A DNA stretch of 64,000 bases, from assembly GCA_951406725.2 (NCBI GenBank), contig OX597822.1:94798001-94862000 (forward strand). The letters are read 5' to 3'. Both the position numbers and the translations under genes were made by a program. The notes beneath the pieces are model-generated. The model was not told where the DNA came from. It was given only the letters and a program-made list of their open reading frames with translations, and made no database searches. Numbering within the stretch: position 1 is the stretch's first letter; the number at the start of each line of letters is the position of its first letter. The DNA comes from Octopus vulgaris. Taxonomy: Eukaryota. Shown one piece after another: positions 40,330 to 52,264 of the stretch.

Positions 40330-40680
40330 GGTCTAACAAAGAGGGGACAACATAACGACAAAAGAAAAACATTTAAGGACTGGGGTTATACAATGATTAA
40401 ATCGGAATGAGAAATTGAACACAATGAAATAGAAAGAATTAAAATTGGTTAAAAATTAAAGATGATATAAAGTTTTTTCGGGTTTGTGTTCAACCCGTCG
40501 TTCCCCTCCCCTTTTTTCCTCTTCTTTTTATAGATAGCTTTTTTCTGCATAATTTTCGTTTTTTCCTTCTTTTCCGTTCTGACCGGCTACACTAGTGCGG
40601 CCCCATTCACTCTCAACTTCCTTACGACATTTGCCCATCTTTTTCTCAAACGTTCCTTGGAGACAGGCACCTCTTCTCCA
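40330..40680 (-). mobile_element. Tx1/L1-like LINE 3' end (paralog about 52760-53110)
   Basis: ORF end KERLRKRWANVVRKLRVNGAALV* followed by a UTR ending TTGTCCCCTCT..TTAGACCTT. Clade assignment is inference. Confidence 0.5.
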
Positions 40681-41091
40681 GACTTGTCTTTCTGGACAGG
40701 TGGTAGTTGAAGTAACAGACCAGCCGGTTCACTAACTAATTTTTTTTTTACCAGTAACTGGCTTGCACAAAGGGGACAGCACAAGGACAAAACAAAAAAG
40801 ATTTAGGGGCTGGGGTTAGTTTGTCTAAATATCGGATATAATGAAATCGGTGGAGGCGCAATGGCCCAGTGGTTAGGGCAGAGGACTCGCAGTTTCTTCA
40901 CTGTTGAAAGTGAAAAAAAAGATATGCATGCAGAGAAAAAGAGTTGTTGAGTGTCTTATATATGTGCAAAAGTTCGTAGACAATGCAGGGTTCGTACGTC
41001 AGGATGAGACGAAAAGCGTGTGTATGTCGTAGAGGTTGCACGTCCACCCATGATGATTTTCCGCCTTCTTGGCGTTATTACTGACGTTATA

Positions 41092-41586
41092 CTGTAAATC
41101 CTCGAGTATAATACGCATTTTTTCCCCAAAATTTAAAGGTCAAAATCCCTAGTGCGTATTATACACGAGCTTGAAAATGAAGATTATTTTCTAAGCAATG
41201 TCTGAGTCTCTATTTGCTGTCCGGCAATGTTTATTCAGACGCATTTTGTGATGTCGGGCGCGAAAATACCTTAAGCTAAGCCTGAAAGCAATGAAATCAT
41301 AAAAGAATCATCCATAACTTGCAATAAGCAATAATTATTAAACGTTATTACTGTTATTTCTTTATTTTCTGCAAACAAAATACACAAAAAAGCTACACGT
41401 TTGCATTATGTTATATATATAATAATAATAAAAGACGTTACCGTATACATTTTTACAAACCAAGGACGTTATATAGACCTCCTTGACTCAAGTTAGAGAA
41501 GGGGTGCATATTATACACAAGGTTTAGGTTTTTCAGAGGTACAGCCCTCTAAAAATCCCCTGCGGACTATACTCGAGGATTTACGG
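41092..41586. mobile_element. Tc1/mariner/pogo-type MITE (paralog 55538-56050)
   Basis: TA|CYGTAAATCCTCGAGTATA ... TATACTCGAGGATTTACGG TIRs. Confidence 0.78.
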
Positions 41587-42823
41587 TTATCGTAATGTTC
41601 TACACAAAATACTCGGTTTATCCTCTGATAGTACTGACTCGTCAATGAGAAGAGAACCTATTTTGTCTTTAATAACAGTGACGATGAATTGCTTCCTTGT
41701 TCGTAGCATAGATAGCATCTGCTCTGTTATATACTTCTTCTTGGCTTCCTTTATTTTATTTCTGATTCGCTTATTTACTGTGGAGTGTTGCTGAGTAGCT
41801 TCAATATCTGTTACCTTTATCTATCTTTATGCCCCGTTTTGTAATACGCAAGTCTAAGTGTGTCATCGGTAATCTATAATTTGTTGTTTGTGTTTTTACT
41901 TCCTTCTGGTCAGAACTTCTAAAGCTGATTCATAAAGTGCTTCCTACAAGTTGTCAGTCACGAAGTTAATATATTCTTCTTCTTGCAAACTGGAGACCGC
42001 AAACCTGCCATCCACGATGGACTTAAATATTAAACCAACCTCTGGATCTTCCGACATTTCCACAACGAATATTATAGGCAGTATTCTTTTCATACAGATT
42101 TTTTTCCATCTTGAATTTGAGTATTATCAATGCCTATTTCTTTATTACCCATAAGGGGCTAAACACAGAGGGGACAAACAAGGACAGACATAGGTATTAA
42201 GTCGCCTTACATCGAACCCCGGTGCGTTTTTTGTTTTTCTTAATTTATCGTGGGGGGGGGTTCATAAAACTCTTCCTCTGCATCATTATCATCGTCATTA
42301 TCGTTGTCATCGACATCGTTAACATCGTTTGCGGTGTTTCATGTTTGTGATTGAAATCATCAAATTTCTTGAAATGAAGAATTTTTTAGGCACAAATTCA
42401 TGCTCGATGTCACCCGAGTAACTCCTTCGAAACTAGGCTACTGTTGTTGAAGTATTTATTGACTCCGAAAGGATAAAAGGCAAAGTCCATCTCGGCAGCA
42501 TTCTATGTAAAGACGGACGAAATGTCGCTAAGCATTATGCTTGGCATGCTAACGATTTTGCCAGCTCACCGCGTTAGCAATATGAAATAATATATACATA
42601 TTTCAAAATGTAGGTAAACATATATCAACGCAATTAAAAAACTGTATCTATACTTAGACATTCAGGTAACAGGTTTCATATGATACGCGGGCAATCCGTT
42701 CCAAAATTTATTTCTAAAATTTTGAATAAACAAATATATTTTTAAAAAGCAGGCACACAGTATAAAATTCCGGAGGAAACGCAACACGTACACCTGCTAC
42801 TGAAAAGAAAAAAAAGAAAGGTA

Positions 42824-42907
42824 CGCCCACAGAGGGACTTGAACCCGCGACCCTCAGATCACTTAATGCTTAAAAGTCTGATGCTCTACCGACTGAGCTA
42901 TGCGGGC
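42824..42907 (-). tRNA. tRNA-Lys(UUU) copy 1 with 11-nt intron AGCATTAAGTG
   Basis: GCCCGCATAGCTCAGTCGGTAGAGCATCAGACTTTTA[intron]ATCTGAGGGTCGCGGGTTCAAGTCCCTCTGTGGGCG; 73 nt mature, A and B boxes, oligo-T terminator downstream. Confidence 0.93.
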
Positions 42908-42957
42908 GGACAGCTCACAGATCTTATATTGTATACATAAGCAATATTGATAATCGA

Positions 42958-43572
42958 TTTGGTTGGCAACTAAATTCCCGCCGATTTTTAAAATTTTGGA
43001 ATTTCTTGCTTTTTTAAATTTTGTAATCTATTTTTTTCGAGGAATCTATTTTTGAATAATTTTGGAATCTATTTTGTTTTGCTTTGTTTTTTTCTCGTTA
43101 ATTTTAGTTAATTTTTGTTTATTTTTCAGATCATTAAAATGGAATGTCAAGTTAAGAAAAACGAGCATTTTCGACACCTTCATCTTTTTACTTTTAATCA
43201 AGGTTCCAAGGCCGCAAAAGCTGCTCGCGACATTTGTGTTGTGTATGGAGAGGGTGCCATAGCTGAAAGAACCGCTCGTGATTGGTATGCCAAGTTCAAA
43301 AATGGAAATTTTGACATCAGTGACGCACATTTGAGTTCGATGAAGAATTGATTAAGCCTACTTTTGCACGAAAATTCTCGTCAAACGACAAGGGAACTGG
43401 CAGAGAAAATGGAATGTTCCCACACTGCTATAGAGAATCATCTTCACTCGATGGGAAAGGTTTAGAAGTATGTAGCATGGGTTCCGCATGTTTTAAGTGA
43501 CAACAAAAATCAACGAGCCACAATCTCCGCTGGTTTGCTAGCTCGTTACCGCTCAATTCATGGACACAAGTA
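42958..43572 (+). pseudogene. Mariner transposon 5' fragment (paralog about 57668-58255)
   Basis: TIR-like TTGGTTGGCAACTAA; transposase HTH region EHFRHLHLFTFNQGSKAAKAARDICVVYGEGAIAERTARDWYAKFKNG and WVPH motif. Confidence 0.88.
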
Positions 43573-44215
43573 ATGTGTCCATAAAATCTTAAAATGAAAG
43601 ATTACGAATTAACTTTTCCAGTCCTAATTTTTGAAATAGGAGGAATGGTTTATTTGTGTTTAGTCATAACTAATGCTAGAGGGTACGCCGATTGACAAGG
43701 GTACAAGTAAAACCAGACAGATTTGTTCTCAAGGTAAACGATGTTCTCAAAAGCTTACACTTGAGTGATGTTTCCGAGAAATTTGTTTCCGGGAAACTAT
43801 GCGAAGTCATTGTATAAATATAAGTTAATTGCCTTATAAAAGGAATTTCTCTCCGAATGACTTATAAATTCTCAGTCCTGCTCTACTGTTGTGTCTTTAG
43901 CTTACTCACTAATAATAACAAGCAATGACAACGTCCTCCGAGTGGCTTTCTGCAAGTATTTATTGAATCGAAAAATTCTAATGTAGAGAAAAATAGCGCA
44001 GTATGTATATTGTGTTGAAATAAATATTTTAAGCGAAATTAATATATTTCCTGACGGTAAACGCAAAGTCGAAGATGTTTGAAACAAATATTAACCCAAA
44101 GCTCTCATTATTCAAAGGACCATGATTTTTAGATTTGTGAACCACCGAACGAAATGTGAAATATAAAAATTTCTATATAATTTTGATATGATAAATATAT
44201 ATGGCGTGAAAACTT

Positions 44216-44650
44216 GGATCTTTTCGGTTTGAACAGCAGTTAGCAGTGTCATATGAAATTGTCACCCATAATTATGACCCTAGTATCGATCTATTGCATT
44301 TCGATCTGTTTTAGGGTTAGGGTTAGAGTTAGGTTCAGGGGTGGGGGAAGGGTATCTTTTTTTTCTTCAGAAATGTAAATAAACCCAATCTGTTTATTAA
44401 ACGAGGGACATATTCATACGGCACAGAATGTTTTCACCTCAATAGACGTCATTGATTGGTTGAAATTTCAGAAATTGAAAAAAAAAAACAACGGATCTCT
44501 ATTAAATATCTTACACACTATAGAATTTTCTCAATAAAGCCAAGAGAAAAAGATGTTTTATAAACACATTCTACCAGTATACGAAGTTTAAAAGTGCTTA
44601 GTTACGTGGAAATTATTTAAAAAAAACTGCCGGTCAAACCGAAAAGATCG
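44216..44650. mobile_element. Merlin-like MITE (paralog 58901-59324)
   Basis: Same TIRs, TSD GAAAACTT/GATAACTT, TTAGGG tract. Confidence 0.82.
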
Positions 44651-44721
44651 GATAACTTTCAGAACTCTTCCCAAAGTATTTCAAAGAAAAACTCAAAAAC
44701 TTTTAATGAAAACAATTGAAT

Positions 44722-44744
44722 AGAGAGAGTGAGTGAGAGAGAGC

Positions 44745-44806
<62 letters not shown>
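44722..44806. repeat. (GA)n microsatellite (paralog 59394-59482)
   Basis: Seen directly. Confidence 0.95.
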
Positions 44807-45249
44807 TAAAACGTTAAAAACCGTTGTCTCGCTGTGTAAAATTTTTATCATGCAGTGAAGTAAAATTGAATCGTTTCAATACCAAATGGAGGTTGAAAAC
44901 CACATTTTAATAAAAGAAACGTATTAAAATAGGTATTTTAAGAATTTTCAAAATATGTAGACCTTAATAATTGCTTTCTTTTAGAGAAAGGGATCTTTTT
45001 CTGTTTTTTTTTTTGTTTTTTTTCTCCAACCACATAAATTTTCAAAAAGTGTACTTTTTGATGTAGTTTTATTTGCTGATAACGAAAGCCGCATTCATTT
45101 TTCGAAAAATTAACAAAGAAGTTAGACGCATTTAAAATTACATGTTTAAACCAATGAATTTTAGCCAGTGTTCACACAACGCAAGTCGAAACTGTTTGCT
45201 GTCATGCCAAATCCAGTGTATGGTTGTTTACTCATACTACTAGGGGAAA

Positions 45250-46135
45250 CAAATGACAACTATTAGGCTTTGTAATGTATAGTATACCGCAGTAGACAAT
45301 AGAAATTATTTATGGCAGATCTGCGGTGAAGATTTGGCATTTTTACCTTTTGACCTACAGATTTAAAAAATAATTTTTTGTTACTAAACACTTTCAAACT
45401 TCTGACACTGGTAGAATGGGTCATATAAAACATGTTTTACTCTTAGCATTTTTGAGAAAAACTTATATTTACTTAGTTATTTCGCGGTAAAGTTCTCGTA
45501 TTTCGGAAATGTCAACCAATCAATGACGTGTATTCAGCTGTATAAAATTATTGCCGTTGTTTCTCAAACAACTATCGGCAGTGCATGTTTCGTTTGTCAC
45601 TGTTATTTATGACATCGTTCGTGCGTTTGTACTGGTTTTAAGGTTTTAGGGTTAGGGTTAGGGTTAGGGTCAAAAGGTCAAAAAGGTAAAGATCTAAGAT
45701 TTGCTCCTCAATCAAATAAAGTTTTGTAGTCCCGGCAGAATTGCTGAAATAGATGAAACTGTATTTTCGAGGAGAAAATACAACCGGGATCGAATGCTAA
45801 CCCTAAGCCAGACAAAGGGTTTTAGGCAGTATGTATCGCGAAACTCGAGAATTTTTTGTTATCGCTGTGCCATCGCAGGATCATGACACACTCGAAGATT
45901 GCATTCGACAATCAAATCTACCGGGAATAACTATTTACAGTGGCCTTAGATACCAGGGTACCAATTTCACAGCATAACGGTGAACCACAGCGTTAAGTCT
46001 GTAAATTAGCAAAATGGGATTCACACTCAACAAATAGAAAGCACTTGAGCTGAAGTGAGGGAATAAACGGCGTTGTGACACTCATCCTTCTATAGATCTC
46101 TGTGAGTTTATGTGGAGCCGCAGGTACGGAAAATG
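45250..46135 (+). pseudogene. Degenerate Merlin/IS1595 (ISXO2-like) transposase (paralog about 59717-60585)
   Basis: PGRIAEIDETVFSRRKYNR, LPGITIYS, TVNHS, GIHTQQIEST and LCEFMW motifs. Interrupted by a TTAGGG-bearing MITE at about 45336-45695 with an AAGATTTG duplication. Confidence 0.82.
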
Positions 46136-47123
46136 GGTACTATCTAAGAAGTCCTCGTGCATCCGAACTAGCTAGTCGTGAATAGTCGATTCTTACCTTG
46201 TGTTTTTGTGTTTTATTTACTTTGTTCCAAAAAAATTATTTACTTTGTGTAAAAAAATTATTTATTTTGTGTTTTATTTACTTTGCTAGGTAGTCGTTGT
46301 ATGATTGACTAGTTACGAGTAGCTAGCGCGGATGCGCGAGTATCCGGCGAATTGGAATTTTGAAAAGTAAAACTTTTGCATTATGTAGCTTGTTATTCTC
46401 TTTAATACACCTGAAGAATGGCGACACAGCAGTCAAAAAATCGTAAAAAATAGGGATTTTCATAGAAAAAAAGCATCTTTTTGATGTAAATAAATTTTGG
46501 TCTTAACATGGTCCGATTTTAATATTATCTTCTAAGGAATGAAGAGCAAGCCTTCTTCTATCATACTCTCAATTTCGGTCAATATGCGCAGCAGTGTCTC
46601 GGAGAAGATAATGTTAGTTGAAGGCTACCAAACCTGCCACACACAGACAACTTCAATTGGTTGGAAGAAAACGGAAAAATAAAATACAGGAGTGATTGTG
46701 TGGTAAGTAGCTTGCTAACCAACCACATGGTTCCGGGTTCAGTCCCACTGCGTGGCATCTTGGGCAATTGTCTTCTGCTATAGCCCCGGGCCGACCAATG
46801 CCTTGTGAGTGGATTTGGTAGACGTAAACTGAAAGAAGCCTGTCATATATATGTATATATATATATGTGTGTTTGTGTGTCTGTGTTTGTCCCCCTAGCA
46901 TTGCTTGACAACCGATGCTGGTGTGTTTACTTCCCCGTTACTTAGCGGTTCGGCAAAAAAGAGACCGATAGAATAAGTACTGGGCTTACAAAGAATAAGT
47001 CCCGGGGTCGATTTGCTCGACTAAAGGCGGTGCTCCAGCATGGCCGCAGTCAAATGACTGAAACAAGTAAAAGAGTAAAAAGAGAGTAGGAAAAAAAGTA
47101 GCTTTCTTCATTGTAGAATATAA

Positions 47124-47820
47124 GGATCTTTGTGGTTTTCGTCACTGTTTACAATTATCTTTAAAAAATTTTTTTCTAATGTATCATATAAATGTAATCT
47201 TTGACGCTGAATCCGAATTGGTTATTCATTTATTCCAGAAAAATTTTGCAAAAATGTTACAGGTGTTCAAAGTTTGATAATTTTCAGAATTTTCAGCCAA
47301 TCAGAAAACAGCGCATTCGTTGCCTCTTCCATCATCGGTGGTGGGGGGATCAACATATCAAAACATTGCGTCTTTCCTTGTACACGCACACTCATGCGCA
47401 CATATACTCACACAGAGTTGAAACGTTCCCACAACCAGTTTGCTATCACCCCTTCCTTCCTTATTCATCTATCACCCCTTCCATTCTCGTTCATATGTTG
47501 TGACAGCGAAAAACACAAGAATATTATTATAGCAAAACGATTATCTTTCTCGTATCACCTTCTCCTTCTTGTGTGCATGTGCAGCATCTTTGGTTGCTAT
47601 GGAAACAGAGCTTGTCGCCACGGTGATGTGTAAAATACTCACTTCTGATTGGCTAAAACATTCAAATTTTGCAAATCTTAAAGACTAATAACTCTTTAAT
47701 CACGGAGTAATATGAAAAATGAATTTTATTTTCATAATTAGTATACAAAACTTAATCCATATAGCAAATATGAAAACAATTGGAACAAAATTGTAAACAG
47801 TGACAAAAACCACAAAAAAT
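47124..47820. mobile_element. GG-ended TIR element (paralog about 61650-62346)
   Basis: GGATCTTTGTGGTTTTCGTCACTGTTTACAATT / AATTGTAAACAGTGACAAAAACCACAAA inverted ends. Confidence 0.7.
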
Positions 47821-47837
47821 ATAGTAAAAAAGAAGTA

Positions 47838-47921
47838 CGCCCACAGAGGGACTTGAACCCGCGACCCTCAGATCACTTAATGCTTAAAAGTCTGATGCTC
47901 TACCGACTGAGCTATGCGGGC
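47838..47921 (-). tRNA. tRNA-Lys(UUU) copy 2 with 11-nt intron
   Basis: Identical to copy 1; T-run terminator and TATA-like element about 30 nt upstream. Confidence 0.93.
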
Positions 47922-48060
47922 GGACGCAGTTAACTGTCATCATATAGTTTATAAATCAAGTTTGATAACCTAGTTTTATGTTGCGGTGTGGGAAAGATTG
48001 ATTACATTTTCTGTCGTATCTAGTCTTCATTTATAAATGTACATGTATGCATGCATGCAT

Positions 48061-48190
<130 letters not shown>

Positions 48191-48884
48191 ATACATATAT
48201 CTATATATATATTTCTTTACTACCCACAAGGGGCTAAACATAGAGGGGACAAACAAGGAAAGACAAAGGGATTAAGTCGATTACACCGACTCAGTGCGCA
48301 ACTGGTAGTTAATTTATCGACCCCCGAGAGGATGAAAGGCAAAGTCGACCTCGGCGGAATTTGAACTCAGAACGTAACGACAGACGAAATACCGCTAAGC
48401 ATTTCGCCCGGCGCGCTAACGTTTCTGCCAGCTCGCCGCCTATATATCTATATATATAAAGCTTTGAATGTGTGTGTGTGTGTCTGTCTGTCTGTCTGTG
48501 GATCAGTATGTGTGTATTACTAAAACTCGTGAATTACTAAACGGATTTCATTCAGATTTTACACATGCCTTACATGGAGTCCGTGCAGTGTCATGGGTCA
48601 AAAATTTTTTTTACCTTTTTGCCTAATGCAAGCCCGGAGCAATCTTTTATTGTTTCCGTATTACGAGTCAAAAGTGAAACAATAACAACTCTATTAATAC
48701 TTTCCCTAATATATGGTTTCAATTTCAATTAGTTTCATTATGTTTCGATATATATCTATTAGTTTCATGCCTATTACTTTCAATATGTATTTATGTATTT
48801 ATGTATAGGTATGTATGTATGTATGTATGTATGTATGTATGTATGTATGTATGTATGTATGTATGTATGTATGTATGTATGTAT

Positions 48885-50173
48885 GGGGGCATATCTCTAA
48901 TGTCAATTGCTGCAAAACTGTACAACAAACTGATCCTAAATCGTCTTGTCCTTTTTGTTGAACCTTTGCTCCGAAAGAACCAAAATGGATTCAGACATGG
49001 GCGCTCAACGCTGAACCAGATACTATGCCTGCGCAGACTTATTGAAGAATCAAAAGCATTTAATCGCGATCTTGCAATGGTATTTGTAGACTTTTCTAAA
49101 GCGTTCGATTCTGTAGATAGGTGCAAGATGTTTGAAATCCTTAAGCTCTATGGGATACCAGACAAAATTATTTCTGCCATCAAGGTCCTCTACACAGATA
49201 CGTCTTCAACCATCTTAACCCCTGATGGAGAAACATCATCTTTCTCGATCGAGGCCGGAATACTGCAGGGAGACACACTCGCCCCATTTCTTTTCATCAT
49301 TGTTGTTGATTATGTGCTACGTATGTCAGTTGATACCATCTCTGGCAAGGGCTTTGAAATAAAACCAAGAAGAAGTTCCAGACACCCAGCTGAGTACTTG
49401 ACAGACACTGACTTTGCTGACGACATCGCTCTTATCAGTGATTCTCTCTCCAATGCCCAGTCTCTTTTACAATCTCTTGAACAAGCCTCAAATTGTGTAG
49501 GTCTTTACCTTAATGAGACCAAAACTGAATACATAAACAAGTGCCTGTCCAACAGTGATTGCATCATCCACACTCTCAACAGTGCACCTTTAAATATGGT
49601 TTCTGATTATAAATATCTTGGGTCATACATATCATCATCTGGAAAAGACTTTCTAACTAGAAAGGGTATGGCCTGGTCAGCCTGTAATGACATGCATAAG
49701 ATCTGGTCATCAAATCTAAGTAGAGACTTCAAACTTGAAATATTCAAAGCCACAGTCGAACCAATCCTACTATATGGCTCAGAAACCTGGACGTTATCAA
49801 AGAAGCTTGAGAGGCGGTTGGATGGAACTTACACTCGCCTCCTTATGAGAGCTCAAAATCTCTCGTGGAGGCGCCATCCAACTAAAATGCAAATATATGG
49901 GAAATTACCACCTGTGTCATCTCTTGTGAAGGGTAGGAGAGTCCAGTTTGCTGGACATTGTTGTAGAGCTGAAAAAGAAGTAATTTCTACTCTTCTCCTC
50001 TGGAAGCCATCTACTCGCAACACCAGAGGGCGCACACTCTCCTACCCTGATGTAATCTCCAGGGATACAGGCATCCAGCAACAGGACCTCCGTAATGCTA
50101 TGATGGACCGTGAAGTCTGACGCAACATGGTAAATTCCATTGTCTCGACCACGGTCGAACAATGATGATGATG

Positions 50174-50175
<2 letters not shown>
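48885..50175 (+). mobile_element. 5'-truncated RTE-clade LINE (family B) with near-intact reverse transcriptase
   Basis: ORF 48801-50120 contains ISLMSIAAKLYNK, QNGFRHGRST, FVDFSKAFDSV, GILQGDTLAPFLF, FADD, YKYLGS. (GAT)n tail; flanked on both sides by (TATG)n. Confidence 0.92.
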
Positions 50176-50204
<29 letters not shown>

Positions 50205-50264
50205 TGTATGTATGTATGTATGTATGTATGTATGTATGTATGTATGTATGTGTGTGTGTGTGTG

Positions 50265-50279
<15 letters not shown>

Positions 50280-50317
<38 letters not shown>

Positions 50318-50551
50318 CCGCGTGTGTATCTTTGGCGATTTTTTTCCTCCCTGTTCCCTTCTTTGGATTTTTCCTTTTCCTCTGTTTCTGACGATGAGCT
50401 CCGCTCGAAACGTTAAATCCTCCTTCAGGAAAGGAAAGAACGAAGGAGGATTTAATGTTTCGGGCGGAGCTCTTCGTCAGAAACATAGGAAAAGGAAAAA
50501 TCCAAAGAAGGGAAGACGGAGGAAAAAAAATCGTCAAAGATACACACGCGG

Positions 50552-50583
<32 letters not shown>
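50280..50583. mobile_element. Inverted repeat with hammerhead-like cores (Penelope-like pLTR remnant)
   Basis: Arms 50311-50426 and 50442-50560; CTGACGA-T-GAGCTCCGCTC-GAAA-CGTT at 50388-50414. Confidence 0.6.
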
Positions 50584-50598
<15 letters not shown>

Positions 50599-51790
50599 GT
50601 TGGAATTTACAGAAAAACAAAGGACGAAGACAGGTGTATTAGTTTAATGCTCGGAAAGGTGAGAAAGTCTTTTACGTTTGGAGCTAGCGGTCAATCATGG
50701 CGGATGGCTGGACAGAGGTAGCTAGACAGGAGAACCAGGAAGAAGGGGAGATAATAAAGTATTGGTGTTCCTCAAACGAAGGTGCGCGTGCGTGTGTATG
50801 TGTGTGTGCGTCTGTAATGTGTGGGTGTGTGGATGGTGTGGATGCTAGGAAGTGGTCAACGCTAGAATGTGCGGGGTGGTGTGATATGGTGTAGTGGTGT
50901 GTGGTGTGGGTGCTGAGAAGGGGTCAGTGCTAGTGTGTGCGGGGTGATGTGATGTAATGTGGTATGTGGTGTGGTGGTGTGTGGCGTGGTGTGGTAGTGT
51001 TGGGATGTGAGGATGCGAGGGTGGCGTGCGAGGATGTGAGGGTAGGGTGTAGGTTTGAAGTGAGGATGTGGAGGTAGAGGTGAGTATGTGGGATGTGTGG
51101 GCGGGGTGGTGGGGCTGGGGTGTGTAGGGTTGAAGTGTGGATGGAGGGGGTAACGATGAAGGGAGAAGGTGGATAGGAGTGAAGAGAGGAAAGGAGGTGA
51201 GTCAGAGGAAGAGGGAAGGAGTGTTGAGCTCATGTGCTACACAGGAGCGAAGATAGAATATTAAAACCTTGCGATAATTGTTTCTGATTTAGATATAAGG
51301 AAAATAATTTTGATGAGAGGATTCCCCCAGTTCTTCACTGGTACTTTGTTTTATTGAAGCTGGGGTAGTGAAAGACAAAGCTGACCACGACAGGATATGA
51401 AATCAGAACGTAAAGTTTTGTAAATAGACCTTTTAAATAATAAACACCATAAAAACCATTAATATAGGACAATAATTTAACATCCAATTCAAAGAAAGAA
51501 AACATTGATGAAATTCCTCTACACTATGCAATGGGTTAAATCCTTTATAATATTTTTTTTATTCACTCTCAGAGAAAATGTCGCTGCATCGGCATTGTTA
51601 TTCGTTGTAGTCGACGGTTACCAATTGTGACGGTATGGTTAAGGTGGAATCAGTGGTCACCGTGTAACGGTTGTTGTTGCTGTTGCAGATGTGCAAGATG
51701 GAAGAAGAACAGTGATCGAAGTGGTAAAGAAATATTTATTTACCGTTACTTAATATAATTCTATCCCTCGACGGGCAGGCGTGATATAAT

Positions 51791-52264
51791 ATCCTGAACG
51801 CCTTACTTCCCTGGGCATGGACACATTGAAACTCCGACGTCTGGCAGCTGACTTGGCAGACACCCATAAAATTATCAACCATCGTACAAACAATAACTCT
51901 GAGCACCTTTTCAAACTCCACCCATCTAACACCCGTGGACATATTTACAAAGTCAGAAAGTAGCACAGCTCCCATGACTTCAGGAAACATTTTTTTCACG
52001 CTGAGAGTTGCTGAAGCATGGAACAAACTGCCGGCATCAGTTGTTAGTTATCGGAGCATTGCATCCTTCAAAACTTCCATGCTTCCTGAGATTCGCCAAC
52101 ACTACACCTGATTTTCTCCCCTCCATACACACACAAGCATGTATCTGACTCATACATTGTTCAATTTCCAGACATTTTTACATTACTACATGTACTTTAT
52201 GTGCACTTTCTGACAAGTTGTGGTGCACCTGAGCACTGTATACAATAATTTCATTATTATTATT
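51791..52264 (+). mobile_element. CR1-like LINE 3' end, present only in unit B
   Basis: ERLTSLGMDTLKLRRL...TRGH...RVAEAWNKLPASVV; (ATT)n tail; TSD ATATAAT; empty site at about 40080. Confidence 0.85.

Noticed and set aside
45646-45670. Telomere or chromosome-fusion scar
   Set aside because: The TTAGGG units lie inside dispersed MITEs with TIRs.
48801-48884. N-terminus of the 439-aa RT ORF
   Set aside because: The ATG and first codons come from the (TATG)n microsatellite, so this is not a real start.
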